Positions 23,423 to 35,939 of a stretch of 64,000 nucleotides of DNA are shown one piece after another. The position numbers were made by a program, and so were the translations under genes. Numbering within the stretch: position 1 is the first letter of the stretch; each line of letters starts with the position of its first letter. The notes under the pieces were generated by a model. It saw only the letters and a program-made list of their open reading frames with translations. It did no database searches and was not told the DNA's origin. Source of the DNA: Azolla caroliniana (lineage: Eukaryota; Plantae; Polypodiophyta); contig JBHGNT010000001.1 of NCBI GenBank assembly GCA_043228905.1, forward strand, positions 992,001-1,056,000, given 5' to 3'.

Positions 23423-26248
23423 AGTTGGTAAAAGTTGGTCATGCTTTCAACTTGTTCATTCCACAATGGCATCTAGTAACTTGAGAAAAAGTATGAATGG
23501 TATATTAAGGATCGTGAAGGTTAAGGCTTGGGATTAGTTATTTCTATGGTAAGCTAATTATGGTAAAAACGACATTGTTTTGTCAAAGGGCCTCTCCCTT
23601 GAGTGAGAAGTTGATGACAAAGTGTATACTTATTTACATAGAATTAGGACATCATTCACACAAACGGTGTATTCAAATGAAAAAGTATTTCCAAAAAGAC
23701 CATTTAGTGAGTGGCACGATCTAAGATAGTTTAACATATCCATGTAATCTCAATGTTTTAAGAATTTTATACAATAATCTCATATGAAGGAATAGATCCT
23801 CCTAAATTGTTCATTTGGGGCAACGACTCAATGTAAAGGGTCTTAGTATAGCTAGGCAATGCATATTTTCCTAGTAGGTTGGGGGTTGTATAGAGGTGGC
23901 ATAATATCTTAAGAATTTTGTACAATAGCATTAAGTTTAAGCTTAAATCCTCGACCATTTCTACTTGGCTTCTCTTGATAGTTTCTATCTAACATTGAGA
24001 CATCTAGGTTATGCATACTTGATGTTGATTATCAAGGGAATCGAGTAAGAGAATCACAGTATTGTAAAAACACGTTTCCACAAGATATTCGAAGCCCAAT
24101 GATTGGAATGTTGCATGAAAAAAAAGAAGAAGGTATTGACATGCAATGGTTGAACATTAAGGAAAACCATACGACTTCACCTCTATGTATGATGGAAACC
24201 CCAATAAGGGAGAAATTGTCACACTTACAAACGCATGAAATTGTTATTTCTAGGAGAGAAATTGTTGGTTATTTTGATGTTAAATCTTTTAAAGGTTGGT
24301 TCAATATATTTTCGTATGATGCCAAAGGATGGATTCAAGGTAAAACCTAGTAAAGATCGATGATGAAGAATAACTTATGCATTATGTACAATGACGTTGT
24401 ATATTAAGGGTACACAAAAACTAATGCAGGGCCTTCTACAGAAACTAGTGGGATTGTCTACATCTCTTAATAACAATGTCTTTCTCGATTAAGTTACATT
24501 GATGAAGTTGGATCCATGTTTAGAAGCGAATATACAACTCTAGCTCATTAGAAACAGATTCCATTTTATATTTTAGTAGCTACAAGAGCTAATTAGCTTC
24601 TCAATTTGGTTTTGGTTGATTCTTAATAGACCTACTAGAACCAAAGTTGATGGTGTATCAATTGATGATACCCTTGGTTCAATATTGATCATAACTTCAA
24701 GAAGAGTCAACAATTGATTGACATATTTTAGTTTAACTCTTGCAGCTGGTTGTGAGGATGACATAACCTAGAAAAATGCATTAGCTATTGCAAAAAAATG
24801 CTCATGAATGGACACCATAACTACTTCAACATTTAGTTGCTCTTTCATGTCAATGGCCTTTTTACTGCAGTGAACCATAATGTTGTACAACTTTTGTACA
24901 TGTTCAACTATTGTTTTACATGGTACACGTGCATAGGTAATCTTAACAACAAGGATGTGGACAAACATATAGCAATATGCAAATTTTGAGTTGCCTAGTG
25001 TCAATGTCAATACGTTGTATGTTCTCCTAAAAAACAACACCAACCCGCGTCTATTCTCGTCAATCGGGCTTGTTATATATGATGTCCTTACTTTTATATT
25101 TTAGACTTATGTGGAATTATATCGTTAAATTACTTCTTATTTATCCGAAATCATATGTCCCTGGTCAATAAATGGCTAGCAATTGTTAATCAGGCTAAAG
25201 AGTACATTGTCTTGTTTGTAATACACATTCGTCTAACGCTTAACACATGTCTACCAAATAGTATACTTCCACACACAAATATATTGCGGAGTGTTGCAGT
25301 TGCCAATAGAAAGGCCATTTTCTAGAAAGTGTATTATGCCCCCATATATGAGAGGAAGAACTCTAATCATGACGATGTAAGATTGTGTTTTCAACCCCAC
25401 CCTCAACAAAGATCAATGAAATATCATGTGCATGATTGCTAAGTTTGTGTGTGACACCCTATAGAGGGTTGTTCACATCTTATGATGCCCATAAACTAAG
25501 AGATTCCCATGAATGTGAGGCAGTGGACATCAAAATAGTCAAGATTGGATGAAGTCTACCACATCCCTAGACATGTAAAAAATCTGATTTTAGTACACGA
25601 ATTGGAATTGCATTTGCAAAGCGAATATGCAATATATCCAAAGCATGGAAAGTGTTGAATGGTTCCATTTATCAACTTATTTGCTTATTTGTGTAGATGC
25701 CAAATGGTTCTCAATCCAAAATCAATTCAATTTAGAGTGAGGAATGCCCTTGTATGCATCTTTTGGTATTCATTAGATGTAGTTTCCTCACACACTAGGT
25801 ATGTCCACGTGTGCTTAGAGAAATGACACAAATTTTAAACAATATCATGCTCCCATGAACTTAAAATAGGACGCCATAGAAAGTAGATAAACTTGAAGGC
25901 CATAAATTGTCCAAAAAAACCCATGATTTGGTCTTGGGGTCTACGATGTGTTATCGTATAACATTATCCAAGATGTATGATATGGTAACCACTATTGGCA
26001 TATTGTTGAGTTTAAATATTTGAGGGAAGTATGATGATCACAACAATACATACCACGTTTTTACAAAGGGTTAAAACTTAATACCACTCCGGATGCCAAG
26101 CTATGAAAGTCACGTATTTTTCCAAAAAATCAATTGTTTGAATTTGTATGTTTTTTACCAACCCAACCTAAGGCTTGGCATAAGATACCAATATTCGTTG
26201 GTTAAACTATTTTATGAGAGATGGAAACATCCTTGCTAGAGAGGTTTG

Positions 26249-29200
26249 TGTTGGGATTACGATCCCTTCGGATGGGATGGTCGGATGTCGGAGATGAATG
26301 CCGACGAGCCCAGTTTCGGTTGCGGATCCGGATGTTGAAGACCCCGGCTTCGGTGCCGGATGACGAATGTACCCGGAGAGAGATCCGGATGCAGGGACAT
26401 ATCCGTGAATATGTCCGCTAAGGGCCCCTAAGGCTATAGTTGTAAATAGCCCCAAAGTCATATATGTATAAATATGACTTAGGGCAAATAGTTTTGTTGT
26501 TGCTAATCATTTTTCTGTTTTTCCACTCAAGAGGAGTGAAGAGGGAGCAGCCGTGAGAGAGAGAGAGAGAGATAGAGCGTGAGAGAGGAAGAGGACTACG
26601 CCTCTGTGTATTTCCGCCGCCTGTGGCGAGGACAGCGAGCTCAAGGTCGTCGCCTTGCAGCTCGCCATTGTGTACTTCTCTTTGTATAGTGTTGGTTTGG
26701 AGTCTCGTACTCCCGTGGTTTTTCCCATCTAGGGTTTTCCACGTTAATCCCTGTGTATACGTGTGTTTCTCTCTGTGGTTCCTATTTTCTGCTGCATTGA
26801 TTCGCGATTACTCGGTTGTGGCCGAGTGGTGAAGGTCAATCGAAGCGTTGATTCCCAACAAACTGGTATCAGAGCGACCTGCTGCAGAAAATGGAAGGCG
26901 GCGGCAGCGGGCAGCCGGGGATGATGGTGCTGAATGCGCAGAATTACGCCGACTGGAAGATCAAGATGGAGGATCTTCTGATTGTTCGGGACCTGTACGA
27001 ACCGATTGACAGGTCGGAAATACCGAAGGGGGTACTTGAGTCGGAATGGAGGTTTCTGAACCGGAAAGCCGTTGCAACCATTCGGCAATACGTCGACGTG
27101 AGCGTTCTACAACATGTGGCGAACGACACCAACGCATATGAGATGTGGCGGAAGCTGTCGGGCCTCTATGAGAGGAAGAATGCGTTGAACCGAACCTCCC
27201 TGATGAGGAAGATAGTGAATCTCAAGTACCGGGACGGCGAGAGTATGGTGGAACACGTAAGCACGTTCATGGGATTCGTGAATCAGCTTGCGGCGATCAA
27301 GTTCCCGTTGGAGGATGCAATGCAAGCCATCATCCTGATGTGTACATTGCCGGAAAGCTGGGAGAACTTGGTGGTGACTCTCAGCACCTCCTGCACAGAA
27401 GATAACTTGTCCTTGCAAACGGTAAAGACAAGTATTTTGAACGAAGAAGCGCGTCGGAGAGATAAAGAACCGGCCTCCGACCCGAAGGCGCTGCTTACCG
27501 AATCGGATCGGGGAAGACAATGGAACTGGAGTCCGCAAAGACGGGAGAAGTCGGGGACCTGGTCGCAGTCAAGAGGAAGGCCCACATGCTTCCACTGTGG
27601 GAAACCGGGGCACTTCCGAAAGAATTGTCGGCATTACCGAAAAGACAACGGAGCCGACGACACCGATTCGAAGAAGTCACCGGAGAGAAACGGTGCATAC
27701 CGGGGAGCCACGGACCGGAGAGGTTCGGATCGGCGAGGGCAGGACCGGAAAGGAACAACGGCACTCGCGGCAAGTGAGGAAGAAATCATGCTCATCACCG
27801 AAGAAGGTGAACTAAACGTTGCCGGCGATGAGACGACCTGGGTGGTCGATTCCGGAGCATCGTTCCACCTGACCCCGGAGAGAAGATACTTCTCATCCTA
27901 CACAGCCGGTGAGCATGGCTGTGTTCGGATGGGAAATGAAGGTACGTGCCGGATTGCCGGCATAGGAGACGTGTGGTTGACAACCCCGACCGGATGCAAA
28001 ATGCTGCTGAAGGATGTCCGACACGTTTCGGAGGTTCGATTGAACCTGATTTCGGCCGGGAGGCTAGACGATGAAGGCTACACAGGTAGCATCCGGAACG
28101 GCGTAATGAAGTTCAGCAAGGGGAGCCTGATAGTGGCTCGGGCCCGGAAGATCAACACACTGTACCTGATGAATGCCCGGTTATGTCCGGAAGAGTTGAA
28201 TGTGGCAGCCGACACTGCCGGTGAGCTGTGGCACAAAAGACTGTGCCACATGAGTGAGAAGGGGATGAAGAGGCTTGCAGAAGACAACCTTATTCCAGTG
28301 AAGCATGTGCACCTGGAGAAGTGCACCGATTGCCTAGCCGGTAAGCAGAACCGAACCTCCTTCCACTCAAGGCCACCGACGAGACGTAGCGCACCATTGG
28401 AGTTGGTGCACACCGATGTGTGTCAGGTAGAAACGAAGTCACATGGCGGAGCCCAGTACTTCGTAACTTTCATAGATGATCATAGCCGAAGACTGTGGAC
28501 GGCACCGATGAAGACAAAGGACCAAGTGTTGTCCGTCTTCAAAGAACTCCACGCGAGAGTGGAAAGGGAATCCGGCAAGAAGCTGAAAGCGATACGAGCG
28601 GATAACGGAGGGGAATACCGGGGGCAGTTCCAGGAGTACTGTCGCTCGAAGGGAATCCGACTCGAGTTTACTGTGCCGAAGACGCCGGAACTGAACGGGC
28701 TGGCCGAGAGGATGAACCGGACCATAATGGAGAGGGTCCGGAGTATGCTGGCGCATGCGAAATTACCCAAGGGATTTTGGGCTGAGGCAATGTCGACGGC
28801 GACATATGTGATAAACAGATCACCCTCAGTACCTTTAGACGGAGACACGCCGCAGAGAGTGTGGACCGGTAGGGAAGTATCCTACCGGCATCTGAAGGTG
28901 TTCGGGTGTCTCGCATACGTGCATGTGGCAAAGGACCGGAGAGGAAAGCTAGATCCAAAGACCCGGCCATGCATATTCCTCGGTTACGGCGACGACGAGT
29001 TCGGCTACCGAGTATGGGACCCGGTCGACAAGAAGATATTCCGGAGTCGTGATATCATCTTCATGGAGAACAAGACACTCGTCGACTGGGAGTCGGAGAA
29101 GAAGATGAAGAGCTCCAAGTCGACCGGTGAGGATCAACTCTACGAGGAGCAGTCCCGACCGGCAAGGGACCGGTTAGCACTCGAGGATCCGGCCGAAGAC

Positions 29201-31589
29201 GGTGAAGAAACAGAACCGGCCGAAGAAGATGAAAATGATACCAGAACCGACCCCGATCCCGAAATGGATTCGGATGAAGAAGAAGAATCGGAAGAACCGG
29301 TTACCGAAGCTCCCGAACGGAGATATCCTCTAAGAGAGAGGAGGGCCCCCCGGAGATTTCCGGATCCAGAGCACGTGCTGCTAATCGACGAGGGGGAGCC
29401 GGAGAGCTTTGAAGAAGCAAAGCACGACACCCAGAGCCGCAGGTGGTTGAGTGCCATGCAGGACGAGATGGATTCCCTGCATGAGAACCACACATATGAA
29501 CTTGTGGAGTTGCCGAAAGGAAAGCGGGCACTTCGAAACAAGTGGGTGTTCAAGCTGAAACCGGGAGATGCCGGAAACCCCCCGAGATACAAAGCCAGGA
29601 TCGTGGTGAAGGGGTTTCAGCAGAAGAAGGGCGTCGACTTCGACGAGATATTTGCCCCGGTAGTGAAGATGACCTCCATCCGGACGGTGCTGAGCATAGC
29701 GGCAAGCATGGACCTCGAGGTAGAACAGATGGACGTGAAGACGGCATTCCTTCACGGTGACCTCGATGAAGAGATCTACATGCAGCAACCGGAAGGATTC
29801 GAGAAGAAAGGGAAGGAGCACCTGGTATGCCGGTTGAAGAAGAGCCTTTACGGACTGAAGCAGGCTCCCCGGCAATGGTACCGGAAATTCGACTCCTTCA
29901 TGACCGACGAAGGGTACCTCAAAACGCAGTCCGACCACTGCGTGTTTGTGAAGAAGTTCGAAGGAGGAGACTTCCTAATACTCCTCCTGTACGTGGACGA
30001 CATGTTGATCGTCGGACGGGACCAGGTCAAGATACGGATGCTGAAGAAGGCTCTTCACCGAACCTTCTCAATGAAGGACTTGGGTCCGGCGAGGCAAATA
30101 CTAGGGATGCACATCATCCGGGACCGGAAGAAGAAGCAGTTGTGGCTGTCACAGGAGAAGTACGTGACGAAGGTGCTTCACCGGTTCAACATGTCGGAAG
30201 CAAGACCGGTCGGATCGACCCTCCCGGCAAACTGCAAGCTGTCCAACAAGCAAAGTCCCAAGACAAAGGCTGAAAAGGAGGATATGATGAAAGTGCCATA
30301 TGCCTCAGCCGTCGGGAGCTTGATGTACGCCATGGTGTGTACGAGACCGGACATCGGATATGCAGTCGGAGTGGTGAGCCGGTACATGAGCAATCCCGGC
30401 AAAGAGCATTGGAACGCGGCCAAGTGGATACTCCGATACCTGAAGGGCACGGCAAACGTGTGCCTCCGATTCGGCTCCGGTAAGCCCGAACTCGACGGCT
30501 TTACCGATTCGGATATGTCGGCTGATGCAGATACCAGCCGGTCCACATCAGGGTATGTGATGACGTATGCAGGGGGAGCTGTTTCATGGCAGTCGAGGCT
30601 GCAGAAGACGGTTGCGTTGTCAACTACGGAGGCGGAGTACATGGCGGCTGTTGAAGCCGGCAAGGAAGTAATATGGATGAAGGACTTCATTAGAGAGCTC
30701 GGTATCCGACAGGAGGAGTACCGACTCTACTGTGACAGTCAGAGTGCAATCCACCTTGCGAAGAACGCGGCCTATCACTCCCGGACGAAGCACATCCAGC
30801 GAAGATATCACTGGATCCGGGAAAGGATAGAAGACAAGGAGTTCGTGCTGACAAAGATCCACACGGACGAGAACGGGTCGGATATGCTGACCAAGGTCCT
30901 CACACCCGACAAGCTGGAAGCATGCCGGAAGAGGATCGGATTGGAAAGACATCCCATGCCGAAGTGAAGGGGGAGTTTGTTGGGATTACGATCCCTTCGG
31001 ATGGGATGGTCGGATGTCGGAGATGAATGCCGACGAGCCCGGTTTCGGTTGCGGATCCGGATGTTGAAGACCCCGGCTTCGGTGCCGGATGACGAATGTA
31101 CCCGGAGAGAGATCCGGATGCAGGGACATATCCGTGAATATGTCCGCTAAGGGCCCCTAAGGCTATAGTTGTAAATAGCCCCAAAGTCATATATGTATAA
31201 ATATGACTTAGGGCAAATAGTTTTGTTGTTGCTAATCATTTTTCTGTTTTTCCACTCAAGAGGAGTGAAGAGGGAGCAGCCGTGAGAGAGAGAGAGAGAG
31301 ATAGAGCGTGAGAGAGGAAGAGGACTACGCCTCTGTGTATTTCCGCCGCCTGTGGCGAGGACAGCGAGCTCAAGGTCGTCGCCTTGCAGCTCGCCATTGT
31401 GTACTTCTCTTTGTATAGTGTTGGTTTGGAGTCTCGTACTCCCGTGGTTTTTCCCATCTAGGGTTTTCCACGTTAATCCCTGTGTATACGTGTGTTTCTC
31501 TCTGTGGTTCCTATTTTCTGCTGCATTGATTCGCGATTACTCGGTTGTGGCCGAGTGGTGAAGGTCAATCGAAGCGTTGATTCCCAACA
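26249..31589 (+). mobile_element. Intact Ty1/copia LTR retrotransposon (Tnt1/Tork-like)
   Basis: 612-bp LTRs 26249-26860 and 30978-31589 (TG...CA), one mismatch seen; TSD GTTTG; PBS TGGTATCAGAGC 26864-26875; PPT directly after the stop codon. Confidence 0.98.
26891..30967 (+). CDS. Copia gag-pol polyprotein (1358 aa)
   Basis: CCHC knuckle CFHCGKPGHFRKNC; protease VDSGAS; integrase HTD..RADNGGEY..AER; RT YVDD; RNase H TDSD..EAEY..CDSQSA. Order PR-IN-RT-RH. Confidence 0.97.
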   Translation: MEGGGSGQPGMMVLNAQNYADWKIKMEDLLIVRDLYEPIDRSEIPKGVLESEWRFLNRKAVATIRQYVDVSVLQHVANDTNAYEMWRKLSGLYERKNALNRTSLMRKIVNLKYRDGESMVEHVSTFMGFVNQLAAIKFPLEDAMQAIILMCTLPESWENLVVTLSTSCTEDNLSLQTVKTSILNEEARRRDKEPASDPKALLTESDRGRQWNWSPQRREKSGTWSQSRGRPTCFHCGKPGHFRKNCRHYRKDNGADDTDSKKSPERNGAYRGATDRRGSDRRGQDRKGTTALAASEEEIMLITEEGELNVAGDETTWVVDSGASFHLTPERRYFSSYTAGEHGCVRMGNEGTCRIAGIGDVWLTTPTGCKMLLKDVRHVSEVRLNLISAGRLDDEGYTGSIRNGVMKFSKGSLIVARARKINTLYLMNARLCPEELNVAADTAGELWHKRLCHMSEKGMKRLAEDNLIPVKHVHLEKCTDCLAGKQNRTSFHSRPPTRRSAPLELVHTDVCQVETKSHGGAQYFVTFIDDHSRRLWTAPMKTKDQVLSVFKELHARVERESGKKLKAIRADNGGEYRGQFQEYCRSKGIRLEFTVPKTPELNGLAERMNRTIMERVRSMLAHAKLPKGFWAEAMSTATYVINRSPSVPLDGDTPQRVWTGREVSYRHLKVFGCLAYVHVAKDRRGKLDPKTRPCIFLGYGDDEFGYRVWDPVDKKIFRSRDIIFMENKTLVDWESEKKMKSSKSTGEDQLYEEQSRPARDRLALEDPAEDGEETEPAEEDENDTRTDPDPEMDSDEEEESEEPVTEAPERRYPLRERRAPRRFPDPEHVLLIDEGEPESFEEAKHDTQSRRWLSAMQDEMDSLHENHTYELVELPKGKRALRNKWVFKLKPGDAGNPPRYKARIVVKGFQQKKGVDFDEIFAPVVKMTSIRTVLSIAASMDLEVEQMDVKTAFLHGDLDEEIYMQQPEGFEKKGKEHLVCRLKKSLYGLKQAPRQWYRKFDSFMTDEGYLKTQSDHCVFVKKFEGGDFLILLLYVDDMLIVGRDQVKIRMLKKALHRTFSMKDLGPARQILGMHIIRDRKKKQLWLSQEKYVTKVLHRFNMSEARPVGSTLPANCKLSNKQSPKTKAEKEDMMKVPYASAVGSLMYAMVCTRPDIGYAVGVVSRYMSNPGKEHWNAAKWILRYLKGTANVCLRFGSGKPELDGFTDSDMSADADTSRSTSGYVMTYAGGAVSWQSRLQKTVALSTTEAEYMAAVEAGKEVIWMKDFIRELGIRQEEYRLYCDSQSAIHLAKNAAYHSRTKHIQRRYHWIRERIEDKEFVLTKIHTDENGSDMLTKVLTPDKLEACRKRIGLERHPMPK

Positions 31590-34111
31590 GTTTGTTTCCC
31601 ATTCTTATTATTGGTATGATTTTTAAAGAAAATAATGATAGTGTCCTTTTCTATTTGGAACCCATGATATAAACCAAGTATCACTGTTGGATAAGTCATG
31701 GTGGTTTGTCACCGTTGTGTACACTCTTACATTGTGCAAAGTTCAAACATAACAAAATGTATTGCCTTTAAAAAGGTGTTTCATTAGTCATAAGTGGAAA
31801 CTGGCTAATATTCATTTGTAGGATTGACGAGTTGCTCTAATGTAGGATAGATGGATACATTTAATGATTAGACAATGTGATTCCCTAATTTTGAACTATT
31901 TCACAAACTTTACATGTATCTAAAGGGAAAAGAACCATCTTGGTTTCCAACTTGCATGGCATATAATATGCCTAAATGCAATTATCGGCCCCTTATTTCT
32001 TCAGCTATGGTCTGTAAAATGAGGACAATGGGGTTGATGTGTCTCTTGAAGTAGTGTATGTTAGCCCATATGTCATGATCACAAGAACTAACCTCCAAGG
32101 TTAAAGGTGTGCATGGTGTGTAATGTGAGACAACGGACGTGATTATGAATTAAACACTGGCAAAATATTATTTGTGTCAAAAATACTATTTCCATTGACA
32201 ATAAAGAAGGTTCCAACATCACATTTTGACTCAGTAGGATAAACAAACACATTACCTGTTAACAATATTGATAGATATATTTTGAAATTGTTTAATAATT
32301 ACTAAATAGATTCAGAGTTCCATCCTCAAGCTTTTCACCATATCAACTTGCTTGTATCCATTCATAAAATCAAAAAGTTAAAACTAGACTTTGGGGAACT
32401 AGAATATAGCCTTCAATAATGGGATACTAATGTGGACTTATGGATGTCCAACGTACTTAAAGAGACTTCTAACTAATAGCAAAAATACAACAAGAAGCCC
32501 AAAAGCATATTCAATAAGTACTTGGTTGTAGTGGTATCATGGTGACGATTTTATGCATAAGATGTTTTTTTTTAGCAATGCATAAGATGTCTCATAGACC
32601 CTAGGATCAATATGAAAGAGTGTTTGTTTTTTATAATGATGCATGTTCTGTCAAGGGCATATGGTTGTATTTAAATCATGCGGTGAGGGTAACAATATTT
32701 TGAATATTTAAATAGTAATGATCCACATTGGTGTATTATCTCCTACATGAGATGGAAATCTTCAAGAGGTTGAGGGTTGCCCTTTCTAAGGAATGGGCTC
32801 CTATCCTAATTTTGTGTTTTTAGCGTGGGCTAGATAGTGTCTATATTTTCTAGCATTTGTTAATGGGAATAGGTTTTTAAACCTAGTTTATGGGACTAGG
32901 CAAATGTTCGACAAAATGCTGAATATAGGTCTATTTGTTAGTTAGGGAGATATTTAATAATCGTTGAGACTAAATCCCACAATAGTTAAAACTAAAGAGA
33001 GTTGACATCGTGGGTATTTGTTGCGTGCTTTGTATAAAGACATCTACATGAGCTCTTATATGCAATTGATCAATATTTTCGTATTAGATTAATGGACTTT
33101 ATATCAAGTAATGCATTCTTGCTTTATGCCTGCCTCCGTCATATCGGTCAAGACAAGTGATCGGATCTTACAAAATCTTTATAAAAATTCACTAGAAGAA
33201 ACAAAGCGTTGAACATATATATTCCCAAGGCACAAAAGAACAAAACAAATAAAGTTTGCATATATTGACACCATTGAATGCACCAAAAACAAAATACTTG
33301 TTGTATATGCATAGAAGGCTTTGTTGTATATCATGTAAGTGAATAAGACCAAATGTCATAGCTAACAAAAATATGAAGGGCTAGAGCATAATGAGCATGT
33401 GCCATTATATGTTCATCGAGTTTGACGTTTGTATCTTGAGATACAATATTTTTGGCATGTAGCTAGAATATAACCACCCCTCTTCTTCCTATTATGTATA
33501 CATACATTGTATTCTAAAGAAAGGAGAGTTTGCCCCTACGGTGTTTGGTTATATATCTCATTATATTTCATTCATTTCAATTTCCTCGTAGTTACAATGT
33601 TTGCATGTGCAAAGCCCTTTGAGTTTCTCTTCATGGACAATTGGGAATACCTTCAACTTGATTATGTATTACCAAATTTGTACACTCTAATTAAATGAAA
33701 TATTGAGATATTGGATAATTAAGGGATTGAAAGGGGTTTTTAGTTTTGAAGCAATATTAAGGGCTTTGAATAAATGGAAACCCTCATAAGCAAAGCCATC
33801 GCAAGGTGTGCAACTTGTTGATCCATCTTATGCATGTGAAGTAGCATAGGTTCACATAGGTGTTGGGGATTAATAATAGGTCAATGTCGAGGTCTAGATA
33901 ATGGAATAGGCTTCGACCAAGAGCCAGAACGAACAAGCACCCACTCGTGCACTTGGTGAAGTCACTTTGCAAGAGAAGCCTTAGCCACTCTTTTGGGTAG
34001 ACATTGGTTGGGAAAGGTCAAGAACGAGCTCACAAAATTGGAGAGTGAGGGACATGAAGCTAGAGACTAGGGGGGGAACAAAGTTCTCTAACATGGAGGT
34101 AAGTCGAGTTG

Positions 34112-34170
34112 GGAAAAAGGCATAATGAATAACCTTGACTGAAAAAAGGCATAATGAATAACCTTGACTG
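34112..34170 (+). repeat. ~28-bp tandem duplication inside a degenerate LTR/gag-like region (~33800-34710)
   Basis: GAAAAAGGCATAATGAATA(A)CCTTGACT twice. Confidence 0.7.
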
Positions 34171-35609
34171 ACAAGGCTAGCAGTCGAGGAGCAACGGATA
34201 ACGTTGAAATCAATGTAAGCACATTATCGTGACAAAACATAAGGTCGTGGGCTCTTAGTGGAGGTAGCAAATGTAGTTCATGTGAAGGTTATGAACCAAA
34301 TGTAGTTTCACGATTAAGAGGGCTATGTACCAAGGTGTGGGTCTCACCAACATCAAATGCACTTTCAGGATTGAGAAGAGGGTTATGAACCAAGATGTCT
34401 CGGTCTCTCGAGCATGGGTCCAAGTTTGTAAGTATGCGGATAATGTAAAAGTTGCAAGCTCTATTATTACTTACATATAGCCTTCTCTCGGAAAGGTGTG
34501 GGAGGCAGATATATATGTAGGTAAAGATAAGGAAGGGGGTAGGGAGGAATAGGAGCCAATTCTCCTATGTAAACCATATACATATGATGACCGACACATA
34601 CTATATAATCAATGGAGTATGGATGCATGACATACATAGGTGACAAAAAGCCATGGATGGAAGGATCCATGGAACTTCCTTCCAAGCTATGCCTAAAAAT
34701 GATAAGAATATAAGTGATTTGTTATGGGAAGGAGAGATGGGGGGTGCGGCGGGACCCCTGACTGATGAATAAATTAAACTAAAAACTCTTTTGGCATGAA
34801 GCAACATGACAAGACAAAATGAATGAATAAATAATGATTTCGTTTTTGTTTGTTTCCTGCATCAATTAAGTTTAGTTGTTTTTTCTCTTTACACCACTCA
34901 AAAAGAAAAAAACATTACAATCTGCAGATTATTTCCCTTCTCTCTGCGTCTGCACATAATCATTCTTTTCTTTTTTTCTAATTAATTTCCATAGTTTATA
35001 AAAAAACATTATAGCATTATGAGGTCTATGATATACTGTTAAGCCATAATTTGCAAACCCTAAATGGTTATTTTCTTCCCACTGTCTCCTTCTTCTGTCC
35101 CTGAGTTCTTCATCTTATTATAGTAGATACGCACACACCTATATATATAATCAAATACACCCGCACCCTTTTATCTAAACATTCTCCTCCCTCCCTCTGT
35201 TTCTCCCTCTTAGTGATCTCCCTTCCGTCAGATATTTTATTTTCCAACATCTTCCCTCTCATTATCTCTGATCGATTTGCTTTCATGATTAGGCGAGATG
35301 GGTTGCTTTAAACTTAGGGATTTCTAAAATTCTGGCTTACCAAACTGCTGCAGATTTTAGGGTTCCCGGTGGAGATTTATTTTCTTTGATCACACTCCAA
35401 ATTCTTAGATCTCTTATTTCCCACGTCCTATCTTCGATTATCTCTGATCGGTTGAAAAATAGGAGTTCTAATTCTGCCTTACCAAATTGTCGCAGATTTT
35501 AAGGTTTTCGGTGGAGGAAGATCCTTACTTTCTTCAAAGACGTATTTGCAGGCCCGAGGTTGGGGACAGTTTAGAATTATACTTCAGAATCGGATTGGAA
35601 ACCTCTCAA

Positions 35610-35930
35610 AGTTAGGTTTAGGGTTGCAAGAAGAGTAAATCTTTTGAGGGTTTCAACATTGTCAGGGGTTACGAATTTCGAGTTAGGGTTTCAGGAAGAG
35701 GAGGTCTTCGAAGAATAAGAGTTAGGGTTTCAGAGGAGGGAAAGTTTCAGGTTTGGGCTAGGGTTTCAAGGAAGAGGGAAGGGGGGGGGGGGGGGGGGGG
35801 GAACTTGGAGCAGCAGTATACAAGGTTAGGGTCTCCAAAGAAGAGAGGATCATTAAGCATCAGTGGAGACACATATTATCTATCAGGGTTTTCAAGCAAG
35901 AGAAGCATTTCCAGAGTAGGGGTTAAGGAG
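35610..35930 (+). promoter_or_regulatory. Cluster of telo-box-like TAGGGTT(T) motifs and a G21 run in the F-box gene leader
   Basis: TAGGGTT at ~35619, 35684, 35723, 35759 plus variants at ~35827, 35885, 35917; G21 at 35781-35801. Confidence 0.5.
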
Positions 35931-35939
35931 AGGGGTAGA

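Noticed and set aside
26944-30952. Many antisense and alternate-frame ORFs inside the copia elements
   Set aside because: Expected shadows of GC-rich coding sequence; no recognisable domains.
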